A DNA stretch of 64,000 nucleotides from Candidatus Latescibacterota bacterium (GCA_965197905.1 CBDAOB010000004.1:1760001-1824000); one strand, 5' to 3'; counted from the first letter of the stretch, positions 10,152 through 19,983 are shown. Notes: generated by a model from the sequence alone, not told the origin. Translations and numbers: made by a program.

Positions 10152-11123
10152 TCATGTTCCCGCGACGCGCGCCCGCTGCTGGATCAACGGCAGTAGCACG
10201 TCGATGGTGGAGGTTTCGACCTCGACAAGACGTCCCATTTCCTGGACCACGGTCACCAGCGCGTCGACTTCCAGGGGTCGGCCTCTCTCCAGGTCCTGAA
10301 GCATGGAAGTTTTGTGTTGGCCCACTGCGGCAGCTCCCGCGATTCGCTTGTCCACATCGACGCCAAATCTGACACCCAGTCTTTCCCCGATGGCCTGCGC
10401 CTCCAACATCATGGCGCGGGCGACGTCCCGCGTTCCCGGGTCGGTCGCGATAACATCTAGCGTAGCGTGGGTGAGGGCACTGATCGGGTTGAAGCAAAGA
10501 TTTCCCCAGAGTTTGACCCAAATGTCGTTGCGAATCTCTGAGCGGATGGGTGCTCGAAGACCCGCCTTTCGGAGCGACTCGCTGAGTTTGACAACGCGCT
10601 CCGATTTTTCGCCGCTCGGTTCCCCCAGGCTGAGCCGATCGCCATCCTGGTGCAGGATGACACCGGGCTCGGACACCTCCGCAGCGGGGTAGACGACACA
10701 TCCGATGGCACGCTCCGGCCCGATTTTACCCCACAGCGTACCTCCCGGGTCCACACTCTCCAGGCGATGGTCGGCCCACGGACCCTTCAGGCGGTAGAAG
10801 TACCACCAGGGGATGCCGTTGGTGCCCGTCACGACGGCCGTCGTGGGACCGAGCAGGGGCTGCATCGCGTCCGCAACTCCGGGCAGCGAATGGGCTTTGA
10901 GGGTAACGATGACGATGTCCTGTGGCCCGATATCGGCAGGATCGTCCGTGCAACGCGGGTGGGCAACGCGCTCCTCATCGTCGATGATGAGTTTGACGCC
11001 GCTCTTCTGCATCGCCTCCAGATGCGGTCCCCTCGCAATGAACGAGACATCCTCGCCCGACAGGGCGAGCTGAACGCCGAGATACCCACCGATGGCGCCG
11101 GCGCCAAAGATACAGATGCGCAT
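10152..11123 (-). CDS. Ketopantoate reductase (ApbA/PanE) family protein, probable oxalyl-CoA reductase
   Basis: GAGAIGG, NGIPWWYF, WVKLWGN, KTSMLQD..GRPLE; stop/start overlap with an oxalate-CoA ligase-like gene. Confidence 0.85.
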   Translation of the reverse strand: MRICIFGAGAIGGYLGVQLALSGEDVSFIARGPHLEAMQKSGVKLIIDDEERVAHPRCTDDPADIGPQDIVIVTLKAHSLPGVADAMQPLLGPTTAVVTGTNGIPWWYFYRLKGPWADHRLESVDPGGTLWGKIGPERAIGCVVYPAAEVSEPGVILHQDGDRLSLGEPSGEKSERVVKLSESLRKAGLRAPIRSEIRNDIWVKLWGNLCFNPISALTHATLDVIATDPGTRDVARAMMLEAQAIGERLGVRFGVDVDKRIAGAAAVGQHKTSMLQDLERGRPLEVDALVTVVQEMGRLVEVETSTIDVLLPLIQQRARVAGT

Positions 11124-12655
11124 CACCCGATTCCGAGCTTCTCGGCGAGGCCGATCCGTTGGAGCTTTCCCGTTGCGCCTTTGGGGATCTCCTCGAGGAA
11201 AAGTATTTTGCGCGGGACCTTGAAGCCCGCCAGGCGCTCGGACGCGAATGACCGAATCTCACCTTCGGTGGCCTCGGAACTTTCGCGCAGGACAACGGCC
11301 GCGGCCACATCCTCGCCCAGGCTCTTGTGAGGCATGGCGAAGGTCACGACCTGCTGCACGGCGGGGTGATCCATCAAAATGTCGTCCACTTCACGCGGCG
11401 AGATCTTTTCGCCCCCGCGGTTAATGATTTCCTTGAGGCGACCGGTGATCGTCAAGTAACCGTCAACGTCCATCGTGCCTTGATCACCTGTTCGGAACCA
11501 TCCTTCGGTAAAGTTTTCGGCGTTGGCTATCGGGTTGTTCTCGTAGCCGGGAGTCACGTTCGGCCCCTTGATGACGACTTCGCCGACCTCCCCCTGTGGC
11601 AACAACGTGGGACCCGACTCGTCCATGATCGCTACCTCGGGACCGGCCGCCGGACCGACCGTACCGGGCTTGCGCTGCCCCGGTGGCAGGGCGTTACAGG
11701 TCATCTGATGTGCCGCCTCGGTCATTGCATAGGCCTCGACGACAGGGGCGCTGAACGTCTTTTCCAGCTCTTCCATCACCTGAGGTGGAAGGGAGGATGA
11801 AGAAGAGCGGATGAACCGGAGGTTCGCGGAGGAGACAATTTCGGAGTTCCGTTTGGCTCGGACGAGGATGGTCTGGTGCATCGTGGGAACGGCGGTATAC
11901 CACGAAGGTTTCGCCTGATCGAGCAAAGCGAAGAATCTGAGCGCATCGAAGCCCGGCGTGCAGAAGACGCTGGCACCCGCGCGCAGGGTCGACAAAATGG
12001 CGGCCATCAGTCCGTGGATGTGGAACAGGGGCATGACGTTCATACAGCGGTCGTCGGAGGTCAACTTCAGTGTCGTCCCGATATTGTGGGCAGAGGCGCA
12101 GACGTTTCGATGCGTAAGGGGAACGAGTTTCGGCCGTGAGGTGGTACCAGAGGTGTGCAGAACCAGCACCACATCATCTGGTTCGGCCGGGCCTCCTGAT
12201 TTGGGTTCGGTTGCGTCCATCTGTGCAGCCGGCGTGAGGTCGAAAACGCCGGCCGGTCGATCATCGCCGGTTGAGATTTCCAGCACGGGGATGTCGAGCT
12301 GAGTCGCGGATTCGATAGCGGGTGACGTGGTGCCGGTTTCGACGAGGAGTGCCTTTGCATCCAGGTCTGACAGGTAGAAGTCGTACTCTTCTCGCTTGTA
12401 TGCCGGGTTCAGAGGCGCTGTGGTGGCGCCGGCGGCGATCGAGACGAACGCCACGGCCATCTCCGGGCCGTTGGGCAACACGATGGCAACGCGGTCGTTG
12501 CGACCTATCCCGAGTCGGTTCAGGGCGGTAACCGTCCGATCGACGTGAGCCCGCAAATCCCCGTAGGTCAGTGAAGCGCGGTCGACGCCGTCTATGGCGA
12601 CGGCTTCGTCACTTCCTGAATTGATAATCTTTCTTAGCGTACTAATTTCTGCCAT
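11123..12655 (-). CDS. Acyl-CoA ligase, oxalate--CoA ligase (Oxs/AAE3/Pcs60)-like
   Basis: LHTSGTTSRPK, MPLFHIHGL, WYTAVPTMHQ, EAYAMTEAAHQM, INRGGEKISP. Confidence 0.85.
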   Translation of the reverse strand: MAEISTLRKIINSGSDEAVAIDGVDRASLTYGDLRAHVDRTVTALNRLGIGRNDRVAIVLPNGPEMAVAFVSIAAGATTAPLNPAYKREEYDFYLSDLDAKALLVETGTTSPAIESATQLDIPVLEISTGDDRPAGVFDLTPAAQMDATEPKSGGPAEPDDVVLVLHTSGTTSRPKLVPLTHRNVCASAHNIGTTLKLTSDDRCMNVMPLFHIHGLMAAILSTLRAGASVFCTPGFDALRFFALLDQAKPSWYTAVPTMHQTILVRAKRNSEIVSSANLRFIRSSSSSLPPQVMEELEKTFSAPVVEAYAMTEAAHQMTCNALPPGQRKPGTVGPAAGPEVAIMDESGPTLLPQGEVGEVVIKGPNVTPGYENNPIANAENFTEGWFRTGDQGTMDVDGYLTITGRLKEIINRGGEKISPREVDDILMDHPAVQQVVTFAMPHKSLGEDVAAAVVLRESSEATEGEIRSFASERLAGFKVPRKILFLEEIPKGATGKLQRIGLAEKLGIG

Positions 12656-13012
12656 CGATTGCTCCAAATTGGAATTTGTGCGATTGGTCGTTTTGCGATC
12701 TGGCTACCGGTTGATGAAAGGAACCAGGGATGCCCCGCGGACAGGAACTAAACTGATTCTGACACGCACGTTATGCAAGACGAAAACATCCACCGGAGCC
12801 TTGAAGCAAGACGGTCGATTCCGGTCGTATGAAAATCAGCCGTGGACGGCGCGGGAGGTCCAGCTCTTCGGGACCGTTTGCGGCTGTCGAGATTCGTGCA
12901 CAATAAGCTTTGTTAGCCAGCCAATGGCACAAACGCGGCCTGATGCCGTGTCAGTGTTGTTTCTCTAGCGGGCAAAAAGATAGGGTTGTGGCGGCAACAA
13001 GATGGCCTCAAT

Positions 13013-13108
13013 CCATTGTCTTGCAACATTTTATGTCAGTGGCGGGAACATGTGGGAATCGAACCCACCCAGCGACGCTCTCGCGCCACCGCAACGGATT
13101 TGAAGTCC
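13013..13108 (-). repeat. att direct repeat: 3' part of tRNA-Sec from the anticodon loop, plus 27 bp downstream
   Basis: 96 bp matching 26552-26647 with one mismatch (A13050 vs G26589). Confidence 0.95.
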
Positions 13109-13212
13109 AAATTGAGCAGCTATAGTGCCTTGTTACTACTGCACTTACAGAACCCCGATTTTTCTCTAAAAAACAGGTGTCCATTTGTGCCCAGCGGTCC
13201 TCTGAGCTTGTC

Positions 13213-13672
13213 TGACCTGCCCCCACCTATGTATCCACATCCAGAGTTAGGATGTGGCTGCGATGAGCGGTCCTAGCGCCGCTTCCGGCGCCGGTGATTT
13301 ATAGCCGAGTGAACTGTGTGGGCGGATCTGATTATATTCCCGACGCCAGATCCGCTCCACTCGCTTGTGGTTCACTTGCCAGCCGTCAGCCTTCAGCAGG
13401 GCCGTGATCCTACGGTAGCCAGCCCATATTCTCTGGCCAGAGAGACGATGTTGGCGGTCAGAACCGCCTCATCGTCTGCCATCCTGGACGTGTATGGCTG
13501 GGAGCGTCTCACCTGTCCCAGCACACGGCACGCCCGACGCTCGGAAACACTCAGCACCTGGCAGACGAGCCCGACCGCCTGACGTCGACGCGTCGGGCTC
13601 AGAAGTTTTCCCGGGAGGTTTCCTTCAGGATCGAGATGTCCAGAGCCTGGTCGGCGACCAACCTCTTCAACC
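13213..13672 (-). mobile_element. IS3-family (IS407-group) remnant with right terminal IR and deleted DDE core
   Basis: OrfA end RLKRLVADQALDISILKE; OrfB SPTRRRQAV..SERRACRVLGQ..VNHKRVERIWRRE fused to YNQIRPHSSLGY..PAPE; terminal TGACCTGCCCCC at 13213. Confidence 0.88.
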
Positions 13673-13849
13673 TTCAGGGCAAAAAAGCAGTTCAACAACG
13701 GCATTGTCGAGGGGCTAAACCTGAAATGGAATCTTACGGTGAGAAAAGCATTCGGATTCCGCACCTTCAACGCACTCCAAATCGCTTCATTCCATCAGCT
13801 TGGCGATCTACCCGAGCCACAGTTCACCCACGAATTCTACTGACGAGCC
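13673..13849 (+). mobile_element. ISL3-family transposase C-terminal remnant with right end (not in ORF track)
   Basis: Hand translation FRAKKQFNNGIVEGLNLKWNLTVRKAFGFRTFNALQIASFHQLGDLPEPQFTHEFY*, ending ...GACGAGCC (ISL3 ends read GGCTC). Confidence 0.8.
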
Positions 13850-14496
13850 TATTTTTTTAACGGCCGCGCCGGCACGCCTACGACCGTTACATGCTCTGCT
13901 ACGTCTTCCACGACCGACGCCCCGGCGCCGACAATGGCGCCGGGGCCGACGGTCACCCCTTGTTTCAAAACGGCGCCAATGCCGATGTGCGCGCCCGTCC
14001 CCACCCGGACATTCCCCGCCAGGCGGGCGCCCGTTGCCACATGGGCGTGATCTGCGATAATGCAATCGTGTTCGATCACGGCACCGCTGTTGACAATGAC
14101 GTTTTTCCCCAAGTTGGCATCGGGGTTGACGATACTTCCGGCCAACAACTGGGCCCCGGCACCGATCGCGGCCCAACCCGATACTATCGCGCTCGGATGG
14201 ATCACCGACATAGGCTCCAACCCATTGGCAACTGCCAACTCGAAAAGGTTGCGCCGCGGTCCGTTGTTGCCCACCCCCCCGACCCCGACGGCAAAATAAG
14301 GAAATCCTTTGTCGGGCCAAGACGCCAGATCCGCGTCTCCGCCGGCGACGGGCGCATCGAGCACCTTGCCACCCCACAGCGCAGGGTCCTCGTCCACTAC
14401 CACGCACTCCAACCCGGGCAAGTGCAATTTCAGGGTTTCCAGCACCACTTTGGCATGCCCGCCCCCGCCGAGTACGACACATCCTCCACCCAACAC
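13849..14496 (-). CDS. neuD: NeuD/PglD family sugar acetyltransferase
   Basis: GGGGHAKVV, IHPSA, IEHDC, hexapeptide repeats, GVPARP. Confidence 0.9.
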   Translation of the reverse strand: MLGGGCVVLGGGGHAKVVLETLKLHLPGLECVVVDEDPALWGGKVLDAPVAGGDADLASWPDKGFPYFAVGVGGVGNNGPRRNLFELAVANGLEPMSVIHPSAIVSGWAAIGAGAQLLAGSIVNPDANLGKNVIVNSGAVIEHDCIIADHAHVATGARLAGNVRVGTGAHIGIGAVLKQGVTVGPGAIVGAGASVVEDVAEHVTVVGVPARPLKK

Positions 14497-14497
14497 G

Positions 14498-15688
14498 TCA
14501 CCGCTCCTCGCTGCGGGCCCACTCGGACGCCGCTCCTGTTAGGTCCTTGAACTCCTTGCGCAACAACTGGTCACCCAGCGCGACTTGCCGCAAACGATCG
14601 ACGATCTTTTCCGCCGCCAGCCCGTCGCCATAGGGGTTTGTCAACCGCGCCAGACCCGCGCGGAAATCGGAACTGAGGGCTCGGGTGATTCCGCGCGCTA
14701 TCTCGGCTTTGGTGCAGCCGACGTCGATCACATTTTCAGCGCGCGTCCTGCCGTCCTGGCGCGTGCCGATATTGACCACGGGCAATTTGAACGAGGGGCT
14801 CTCTATAATACCGCTCGAGGAGTTGCCCACCATCGCGGCGGCGACCGTCATCACGCTGAAATAACCCTGCATACCCAGGTTGTCGACGATTTGGACGTTG
14901 ACGCGGTTCGCGGCGAATTCCGCAACTCTTGCCGCGATTACCCGCCCCCCGGTGTCGGCGTTGGGCTGGGTAAAGACCATCGGCATGTCCCAATCCGCCA
15001 AGGCGTCGAGCAGTTCGCCTATATGGCGTCTTGTCTGCTCAAATTCCAACGTCACCGGATGGAAGGTCACCAACAGCGGCGGCGCGTCCAGGTGCAGTCC
15101 GTAGCGTTGTTCGACCTGGCTGCGATCCAACAACTCGACCGTTCGCAAGTTGTCCAGGGCGGGCGCGCCAGAGACCACGACCTGCGCCGGATCCTCGCCC
15201 AGTTGGACCACGCGACGCCCGTATTCGTCCGTGGCGACGAAATGCAAGTGGCTGAGCTTGGTCAGCGAATGCCGCAACGCGTCGTCGATGGCCCCTTGCG
15301 TCACTTCGCCGCCGTGGATATGGGCGACGGGGATCTTGAACGGCAGCGCCGCCAGCGCGGCGGCATGCATCTCGAAACGGTCGCCCAGCGTCAGGAGGAT
15401 ATCCGGTCGCGTGCGGGCGTAGGCCTGCGCATAACCGATCAACCCCAAACCCATGGACTTTACGATGCCCTCAGGCGAATCCGACGAGAGCAGCATCTCC
15501 ACCCGCTCCCCGACTGCGAAACCGTCCGCTTCGATCGCCTCTACCGTCATCCCGAACTCGGGCGACAGGTGCATCCCCCCGGCGAGGAGATGCAGATCCA
15601 ATTCGGGATCGGCCTGTATCCCTTTCAAGACGGGCAGGTAGATGCCGTAGTCCGAACGGGCCACCGAGACCACGCCGATCGTCCTCAA
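14498..15688 (-). CDS. neuC: UDP/GDP-N-acetylglucosamine 2-epimerase, hydrolysing (NeuC/LegG)
   Basis: RSDYG, GMHLSPEFG, GDRFE, HIHGGE, TFHPVT, GNSSSG, NPYGDG. Confidence 0.93.
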   Translation of the reverse strand: MRTIGVVSVARSDYGIYLPVLKGIQADPELDLHLLAGGMHLSPEFGMTVEAIEADGFAVGERVEMLLSSDSPEGIVKSMGLGLIGYAQAYARTRPDILLTLGDRFEMHAAALAALPFKIPVAHIHGGEVTQGAIDDALRHSLTKLSHLHFVATDEYGRRVVQLGEDPAQVVVSGAPALDNLRTVELLDRSQVEQRYGLHLDAPPLLVTFHPVTLEFEQTRRHIGELLDALADWDMPMVFTQPNADTGGRVIAARVAEFAANRVNVQIVDNLGMQGYFSVMTVAAAMVGNSSSGIIESPSFKLPVVNIGTRQDGRTRAENVIDVGCTKAEIARGITRALSSDFRAGLARLTNPYGDGLAAEKIVDRLRQVALGDQLLRKEFKDLTGAASEWARSEER

Positions 15689-16746
15689 ACGAGCGCCTCC
15701 AGCGACAGCAACTCACCCCCGACCAGCGCCCTAGCCGTCGTCCGCCGGACCACGTGGGACAAAAGGTCCGGCGGCAACCCCGTTCCGGGCCGCTTGATCT
15801 CAATCATATCCTTCCTGAGCACGGTCCCAGCTGGCAGATCCCGCGCGACGACCAGGCTCTTGCGGGCGACAGCCGCGGTCTCGAGCTCGGCTGTGGTTGG
15901 CTCTTTGCGGCCGTGGCCAAGCGCCGATTCCACATCGCGCACACCCCTTACCAGACTTTCCAGCTCGGCGGGTTCCAGCGAGGCGGCGTGATCGGGCCCG
16001 AGTAGCGAGCGGTCCAGGGTGAAGTGCTTCTCCAACACACAGGCTCCCAAAGCGACCGCCGCCAGCGCGACCTCGGTCCCCGTCGTGTGGTCTGAATACC
16101 CCACTGGCACGGAGAAGGCCCCCGCCAACGTCGCCATCGCCCGCAAGTTGGCGTCGCCGGGGCGGGTGGGATAACAACTCACGCAATGCATTAGCGCCAG
16201 CCGCTCGTTACCGGCCGCCGCAATCGCCCGCACGGCCTTTTCAACCTCGCCGATATACGACATCCCCGTGGAGACGAGGAGTGGCTTGCCTTTGGCGGCG
16301 ATATGACTGAGCAGGGGAAGATTGGTGATTTCGCCTGAAGGCACCTTAAAAACGGCAACCCCCAAAGCATCCAGAAAATCGACGCTATCCCCGTCAAAGG
16401 GGCTCGATATGAAAATCATGCCGTGGGACTCGCTCCGCGCTTTCAACTCCCGGTAGCCCTCCAACTCCAACTCCAGTCGCCGCAGCATCTCATAGGACGA
16501 TTCCCCCGCATCGGTATTGTCCTTCTGATAACCCGCCTTGGGCGCTGCGCCCGTGACGAGCTGATCGGCCTTGAAGGTCTGGAACTTGATGGCGTCGGCA
16601 CCGGTCTGTGCGGCAATATCGACCATCTGCCGGGCGCGCTCGAGGTCGCCGTTGTGATTGACCCCCGCCTCGGCGATGATCAGGCAGGGATGCCCCGGAC
16701 CCAGCTTGCGGCCGGCGACGGCGAATTCAGTTACCACGCCGTCCAT
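15685..16746 (-). CDS. neuB: Nonulosonic acid synthase (NeuB/LegI) with C-terminal SAF domain
   Basis: IAEAGVNHNG, IKFQTF, SGEITNLP, STGMS, GYSDHT, EKHFTLD, KRPGTG. Confidence 0.95.
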   Translation of the reverse strand: MDGVVTEFAVAGRKLGPGHPCLIIAEAGVNHNGDLERARQMVDIAAQTGADAIKFQTFKADQLVTGAAPKAGYQKDNTDAGESSYEMLRRLELELEGYRELKARSESHGMIFISSPFDGDSVDFLDALGVAVFKVPSGEITNLPLLSHIAAKGKPLLVSTGMSYIGEVEKAVRAIAAAGNERLALMHCVSCYPTRPGDANLRAMATLAGAFSVPVGYSDHTTGTEVALAAVALGACVLEKHFTLDRSLLGPDHAASLEPAELESLVRGVRDVESALGHGRKEPTTAELETAAVARKSLVVARDLPAGTVLRKDMIEIKRPGTGLPPDLLSHVVRRTTARALVGGELLSLEALV

Positions 16747-17537
16747 CCTCCGTCGACCACCACGTTCTGCCCCGTCACGTATTGGGAAAGGTCGCTGGCC
16801 AGATAGGCCACCGCTCCTTTGACATCTTCCTCGGTAGCCATCCGCTGCAGCGGAGTCCGCTCTTTATAACGCTGGTGGAACTCCTCGTGTTGGCCGCGCC
16901 ACACGCCCCCCATGCTGATGGCGTTGACCCTGACCTGCGGCGCCAGGGCGGTGGCCAGCCAGCGGGTCCATTGCACCAACCCGCCCTTGCTGGCCGCATA
17001 GGCCCCGGGCACCCCACCCATCGGCGTGCCTTCGTATAGGCCGGGGTCGGTGCCGACGATGCCGTAAATCGAGCTGATATTGATCACGCTGCCGTGTCCC
17101 GACTCGGCGAGCGCCTCGGCGCAGGCCTGGGTCAGGACGAAGGGCGCCGTCATATTGACCTCCAGAGCCTTGCGCCAGGTATCGGCGCTCTGCGCAGCGA
17201 AGGGCACGCCCCAACCGCGCAATTCCGAAGTCCCCACCAGCGCTGCACAATGGACGAGAATATCCAGACGACCGAAACGGTCGAGAACCTTGTCGGCGAC
17301 GGAGCGCAATTCCTCCTCGTCCTCCATATCCACCACTAGCGGCAACGTCTTCACCTGGCATTGCTCGGCGATGCAACCGGTGACCAGCAGACATTTTTCG
17401 CGTTGGATATCTAACAACGCGATATTCGCCCCCAATTCGGCGAGCGCCTCCCCTATCGCGGAACCGAGATATCCGGCTCCGCCCGTAATCAGCCCAACCC
17501 GGTCCCGCAAGTCGATTAGTTCGCCGACCGAACGCAT
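16731..17537 (-). CDS. SDR oxidoreductase, PtmA-like
   Basis: TGGAGYLG, NISSIYG, YAASKGG, GQNVVVDGGWTAW; located in NulO cluster. Confidence 0.85.
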   Translation of the reverse strand: MRSVGELIDLRDRVGLITGGAGYLGSAIGEALAELGANIALLDIQREKCLLVTGCIAEQCQVKTLPLVVDMEDEEELRSVADKVLDRFGRLDILVHCAALVGTSELRGWGVPFAAQSADTWRKALEVNMTAPFVLTQACAEALAESGHGSVINISSIYGIVGTDPGLYEGTPMGGVPGAYAASKGGLVQWTRWLATALAPQVRVNAISMGGVWRGQHEEFHQRYKERTPLQRMATEEDVKGAVAYLASDLSQYVTGQNVVVDGGWTAW

Positions 17538-17541
17538 CGCG

Positions 17542-18279
17542 TTATCCTCGGACGTTCCGAGCCAGGAGGAATTCGGCAAAATCCCAGTCGAGTGGAGTAT
17601 CGATATCGAGACTGCGCTGCCTGGGCACTTCCACCGCCTTGACCCTACTATTATAGATATAGTCCTCCTCCAACACGTGTTTGGGCCGCGCCGCATAGGC
17701 GACCGTGGAAATGCCGTAGACCCCGGGCGTATTCTGGCGGGAATGGGGCTCGTCCCCCGGCCCCGGCGGAATGACCATCCGCGCGAAGTTCCGTTCGTCC
17801 AACTCGACCATATTGTAATAGGGGCTTCTCTCTGCTGGGCTGACTGTGATGACGATGTCTATTTCACCTTGCTCGTCTTGCAATAAGGCGTCGATGCACT
17901 TGTCCAGATCCCCGACGGTGCGCAGCGGGGACGTCGTGGGCACGCTGACGAAGATATCAATCGGTCGGTCTGCTTCGAGGTCCTGTATCGTCCGGAGCGC
18001 GTGTTGCCAGGCGGCCCGCTCCGGCGCATCGTCACTGGCCAACTCCGCTGGTCGGACAAAAGGCACTTCGGCGCCGTATTCGCGGGCGACAGCGGCGATT
18101 TTATCATCGTCGGTCGAGACGATAACACGGTTGATAAATTCGCTTTGCTGGGCTATTTCTATGGAATAGGCGATCAGCGGCTTGCCGTGTAACGGCCGGA
18201 TATTCTTGCCCTGGATTCCCTTAGATCCGCCCCTAGCGAAAATAAACGCGGGTATATTCGGCTTGGCGTCATTTTTCAT
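17542..18279 (-). CDS. neuA: CMP-nonulosonic acid synthetase (NeuA/PtmB/LegF)
   Basis: ARGGSKGI..KNI, VSTDD, RPAELASD, PTTSPLR, DIDTPLD. Confidence 0.92.
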   Translation of the reverse strand: MKNDAKPNIPAFIFARGGSKGIQGKNIRPLHGKPLIAYSIEIAQQSEFINRVIVSTDDDKIAAVAREYGAEVPFVRPAELASDDAPERAAWQHALRTIQDLEADRPIDIFVSVPTTSPLRTVGDLDKCIDALLQDEQGEIDIVITVSPAERSPYYNMVELDERNFARMVIPPGPGDEPHSRQNTPGVYGISTVAYAARPKHVLEEDYIYNSRVKAVEVPRQRSLDIDTPLDWDFAEFLLARNVRG

Positions 18280-18316
18280 ATTGTTTCACTGCTTCTACAA
18301 TTGCAACAAACGCCCC

Positions 18317-19315
18317 TCATACCCGCTCTTCCCGGCCTTTAGCCGCGGATCGTTTGACAGCCAAGGCAATCTCCAGCGCGCGTTGACCGTCCTCACCTGT
18401 GACCGTGGGAATCGCCCTGTTTTTCACGCAATCAATGAAATGGCGTAATTCTTCGACATACATCCTGCGGCTGCAATCCCCACCCGCATCGTGGTACAGG
18501 CCGGACCAGTCGCCCGTTGCGGCGGAGTAATGGTCGACCTGGTGTTGGATACCATCCCACAACAGCGTCCCTTCCGAGCCGATAACCCGGCATAGACGTA
18601 CCGGCGAGCGTTGCACCATGTCCAGATGCGCGCTGCCAATTGCGCCGCAACGGAATTTAAGCGCGACTTCCGCTATGTCCTCGACATCAATCTCCAGATC
18701 ACTCACCTTGTCGGTGATTGCGCTGACCGTTTCAATCTCGCCGATCAGCCAGCGCAAATAATCCAACTCGTGGCTCAATTCCATCACAACCCCGCCCCCC
18801 AAGCCCTTCCGGGCGCTGACCGTGCCCCGGTAATCGACGCCGAGCCGCCAGTCGGGCAGGAACTGCCCGACCTCGGCTCGCACCCCCAGTACGCGACCGA
18901 TCTTCCCGTCGGCCAACGCCTCACGCAGGCTCAGCATCGACGGGCAGAAACGAAAATTATAACCGACCATCAGTACCAGGGAACGCCTGCGGCACTCGGC
19001 GAGCAGTTCATCCACCCCGTCCAGGGAATCGGCCAGTGGTTTCTCGATAAAAAGATCGATCCCCTGCCGGGAGAGGGCCAAAGCGGTCTCGACATGCCGA
19101 GTCGCGGGCCCGGTGAGCAAGGCCACCTCCGGCTCCTCTGCCAACGCGCCGGCCAGGTCATAGACGACCTCGTCGGCAGCGGGAATCGCGTCACCCTGCT
19201 CGCGGCGGCCGGGCGATTGACGCCAGACTGTGATATGGGCATCCTCGGCGATGCACCGCAAATTATCCAGGTGGCGACGGCCGATACTGCCCAGACCGAC
19301 GATAAGTGCCTTCAT
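18317..19315 (-). CDS. Gfo/Idh/MocA oxidoreductase, PtmF-like
   Basis: GLGSIGRRH, FIEKPL, VGYNFRF, LPDWR, GGGVVMELSHELDY. Confidence 0.88.
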   Translation of the reverse strand: MKALIVGLGSIGRRHLDNLRCIAEDAHITVWRQSPGRREQGDAIPAADEVVYDLAGALAEEPEVALLTGPATRHVETALALSRQGIDLFIEKPLADSLDGVDELLAECRRRSLVLMVGYNFRFCPSMLSLREALADGKIGRVLGVRAEVGQFLPDWRLGVDYRGTVSARKGLGGGVVMELSHELDYLRWLIGEIETVSAITDKVSDLEIDVEDIAEVALKFRCGAIGSAHLDMVQRSPVRLCRVIGSEGTLLWDGIQHQVDHYSAATGDWSGLYHDAGGDCSRRMYVEELRHFIDCVKNRAIPTVTGEDGQRALEIALAVKRSAAKGREERV

Positions 19316-19360
19316 GGCGCTATGATCGGCCTTATAAAGATGACTTTTGCGAAGGGCAGC

Positions 19361-19427
19361 CTAACAAATCTCATGGAGTCCACCTTAACCCCGCTGCCCG
19401 ACTGTCCAAAGGATGGGGTCCACTTCT
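19361..19427 (+). mobile_element. Right end of an IS3-family element (short remnant)
   Basis: ...VHLNPAARLSKGWGPL-type transposase tail overlapping CTGTCCAAAGGATGGGGTCCACTTC, an IS3-type IR recognised from memory. Confidence 0.55.
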
Positions 19428-19547
19428 GAGTAAAACGGGAAATTTCTTAAATAGTTCATAAATAAACGAACGTATATTCATCGTTGGTCACATCTCAATC
19501 GATACTGTTCGGGACAAGTAAGGGTGGGCTGCGCCTTGAAGTTCCGC

Positions 19548-19983
19548 TTAGACGGCCCTTGACTCACTACTGTGTTGGAAAGTGTGGAGGGGAGAAATAC
19601 GTTCAAGACGATATACGGGACCCAGTATATAGTGCCATTGGAATGAATGCTCGGGATCGAGGACGGATGGCCCTTGGTCGCGGGTTCGCAAGCGAATAAT
19701 GGTCGCCTCCTGGGTGTAGTTCGGAAATATAGGCGTGACGGTCGCCGGGTCTATTGATTCCAACCGTTATTTCCGTCGACTCGTATCTGCATCGACTGAA
19801 GTAGTCACTGTATTCGCGATTGCCGGCCCCGGCATCGAGCACGCGATCAGACGGCTTGACGCCAACGGCCGACTCTTGCACGAATATTTCCACTCTCCAC
19901 CGCTCGGCGTTGAGCCGCTTGATGGTCTCCCGCCGCATGCTCTTCAGGAATTCCGGTACTAGCTTACTAATTATCCTCCTCAT
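19548..19983 (-). pseudogene. Class I SAM methyltransferase fragment
   Basis: VLDAGAG motif I and YES; later motifs are missing and the frame is lost. Confidence 0.6.

Noticed and set aside
12925..12939. Sigma-54 promoter TGGCACAAACGCGGC
   Set aside because: Lacks TT before the -12 GC and has no downstream gene on that strand
13040..13108. Second tRNA-Sec gene
   Set aside because: Lacks the 5' acceptor strand and D-arm; it is an att fragment
13185..13194. 10-bp inverted match TTGTGCCCAG to 26522-26531 as a transposon end
   Set aside because: Lies outside the IS end and out of register with the 12-bp terminal repeat; may be chance
14585..15991. Long antisense or alternate-frame ORFs (e.g. 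14585-15991, 22625-23776, 52474-53640)
   Set aside because: Shadows of well-supported genes in GC-rich DNA, with no recognisable motifs
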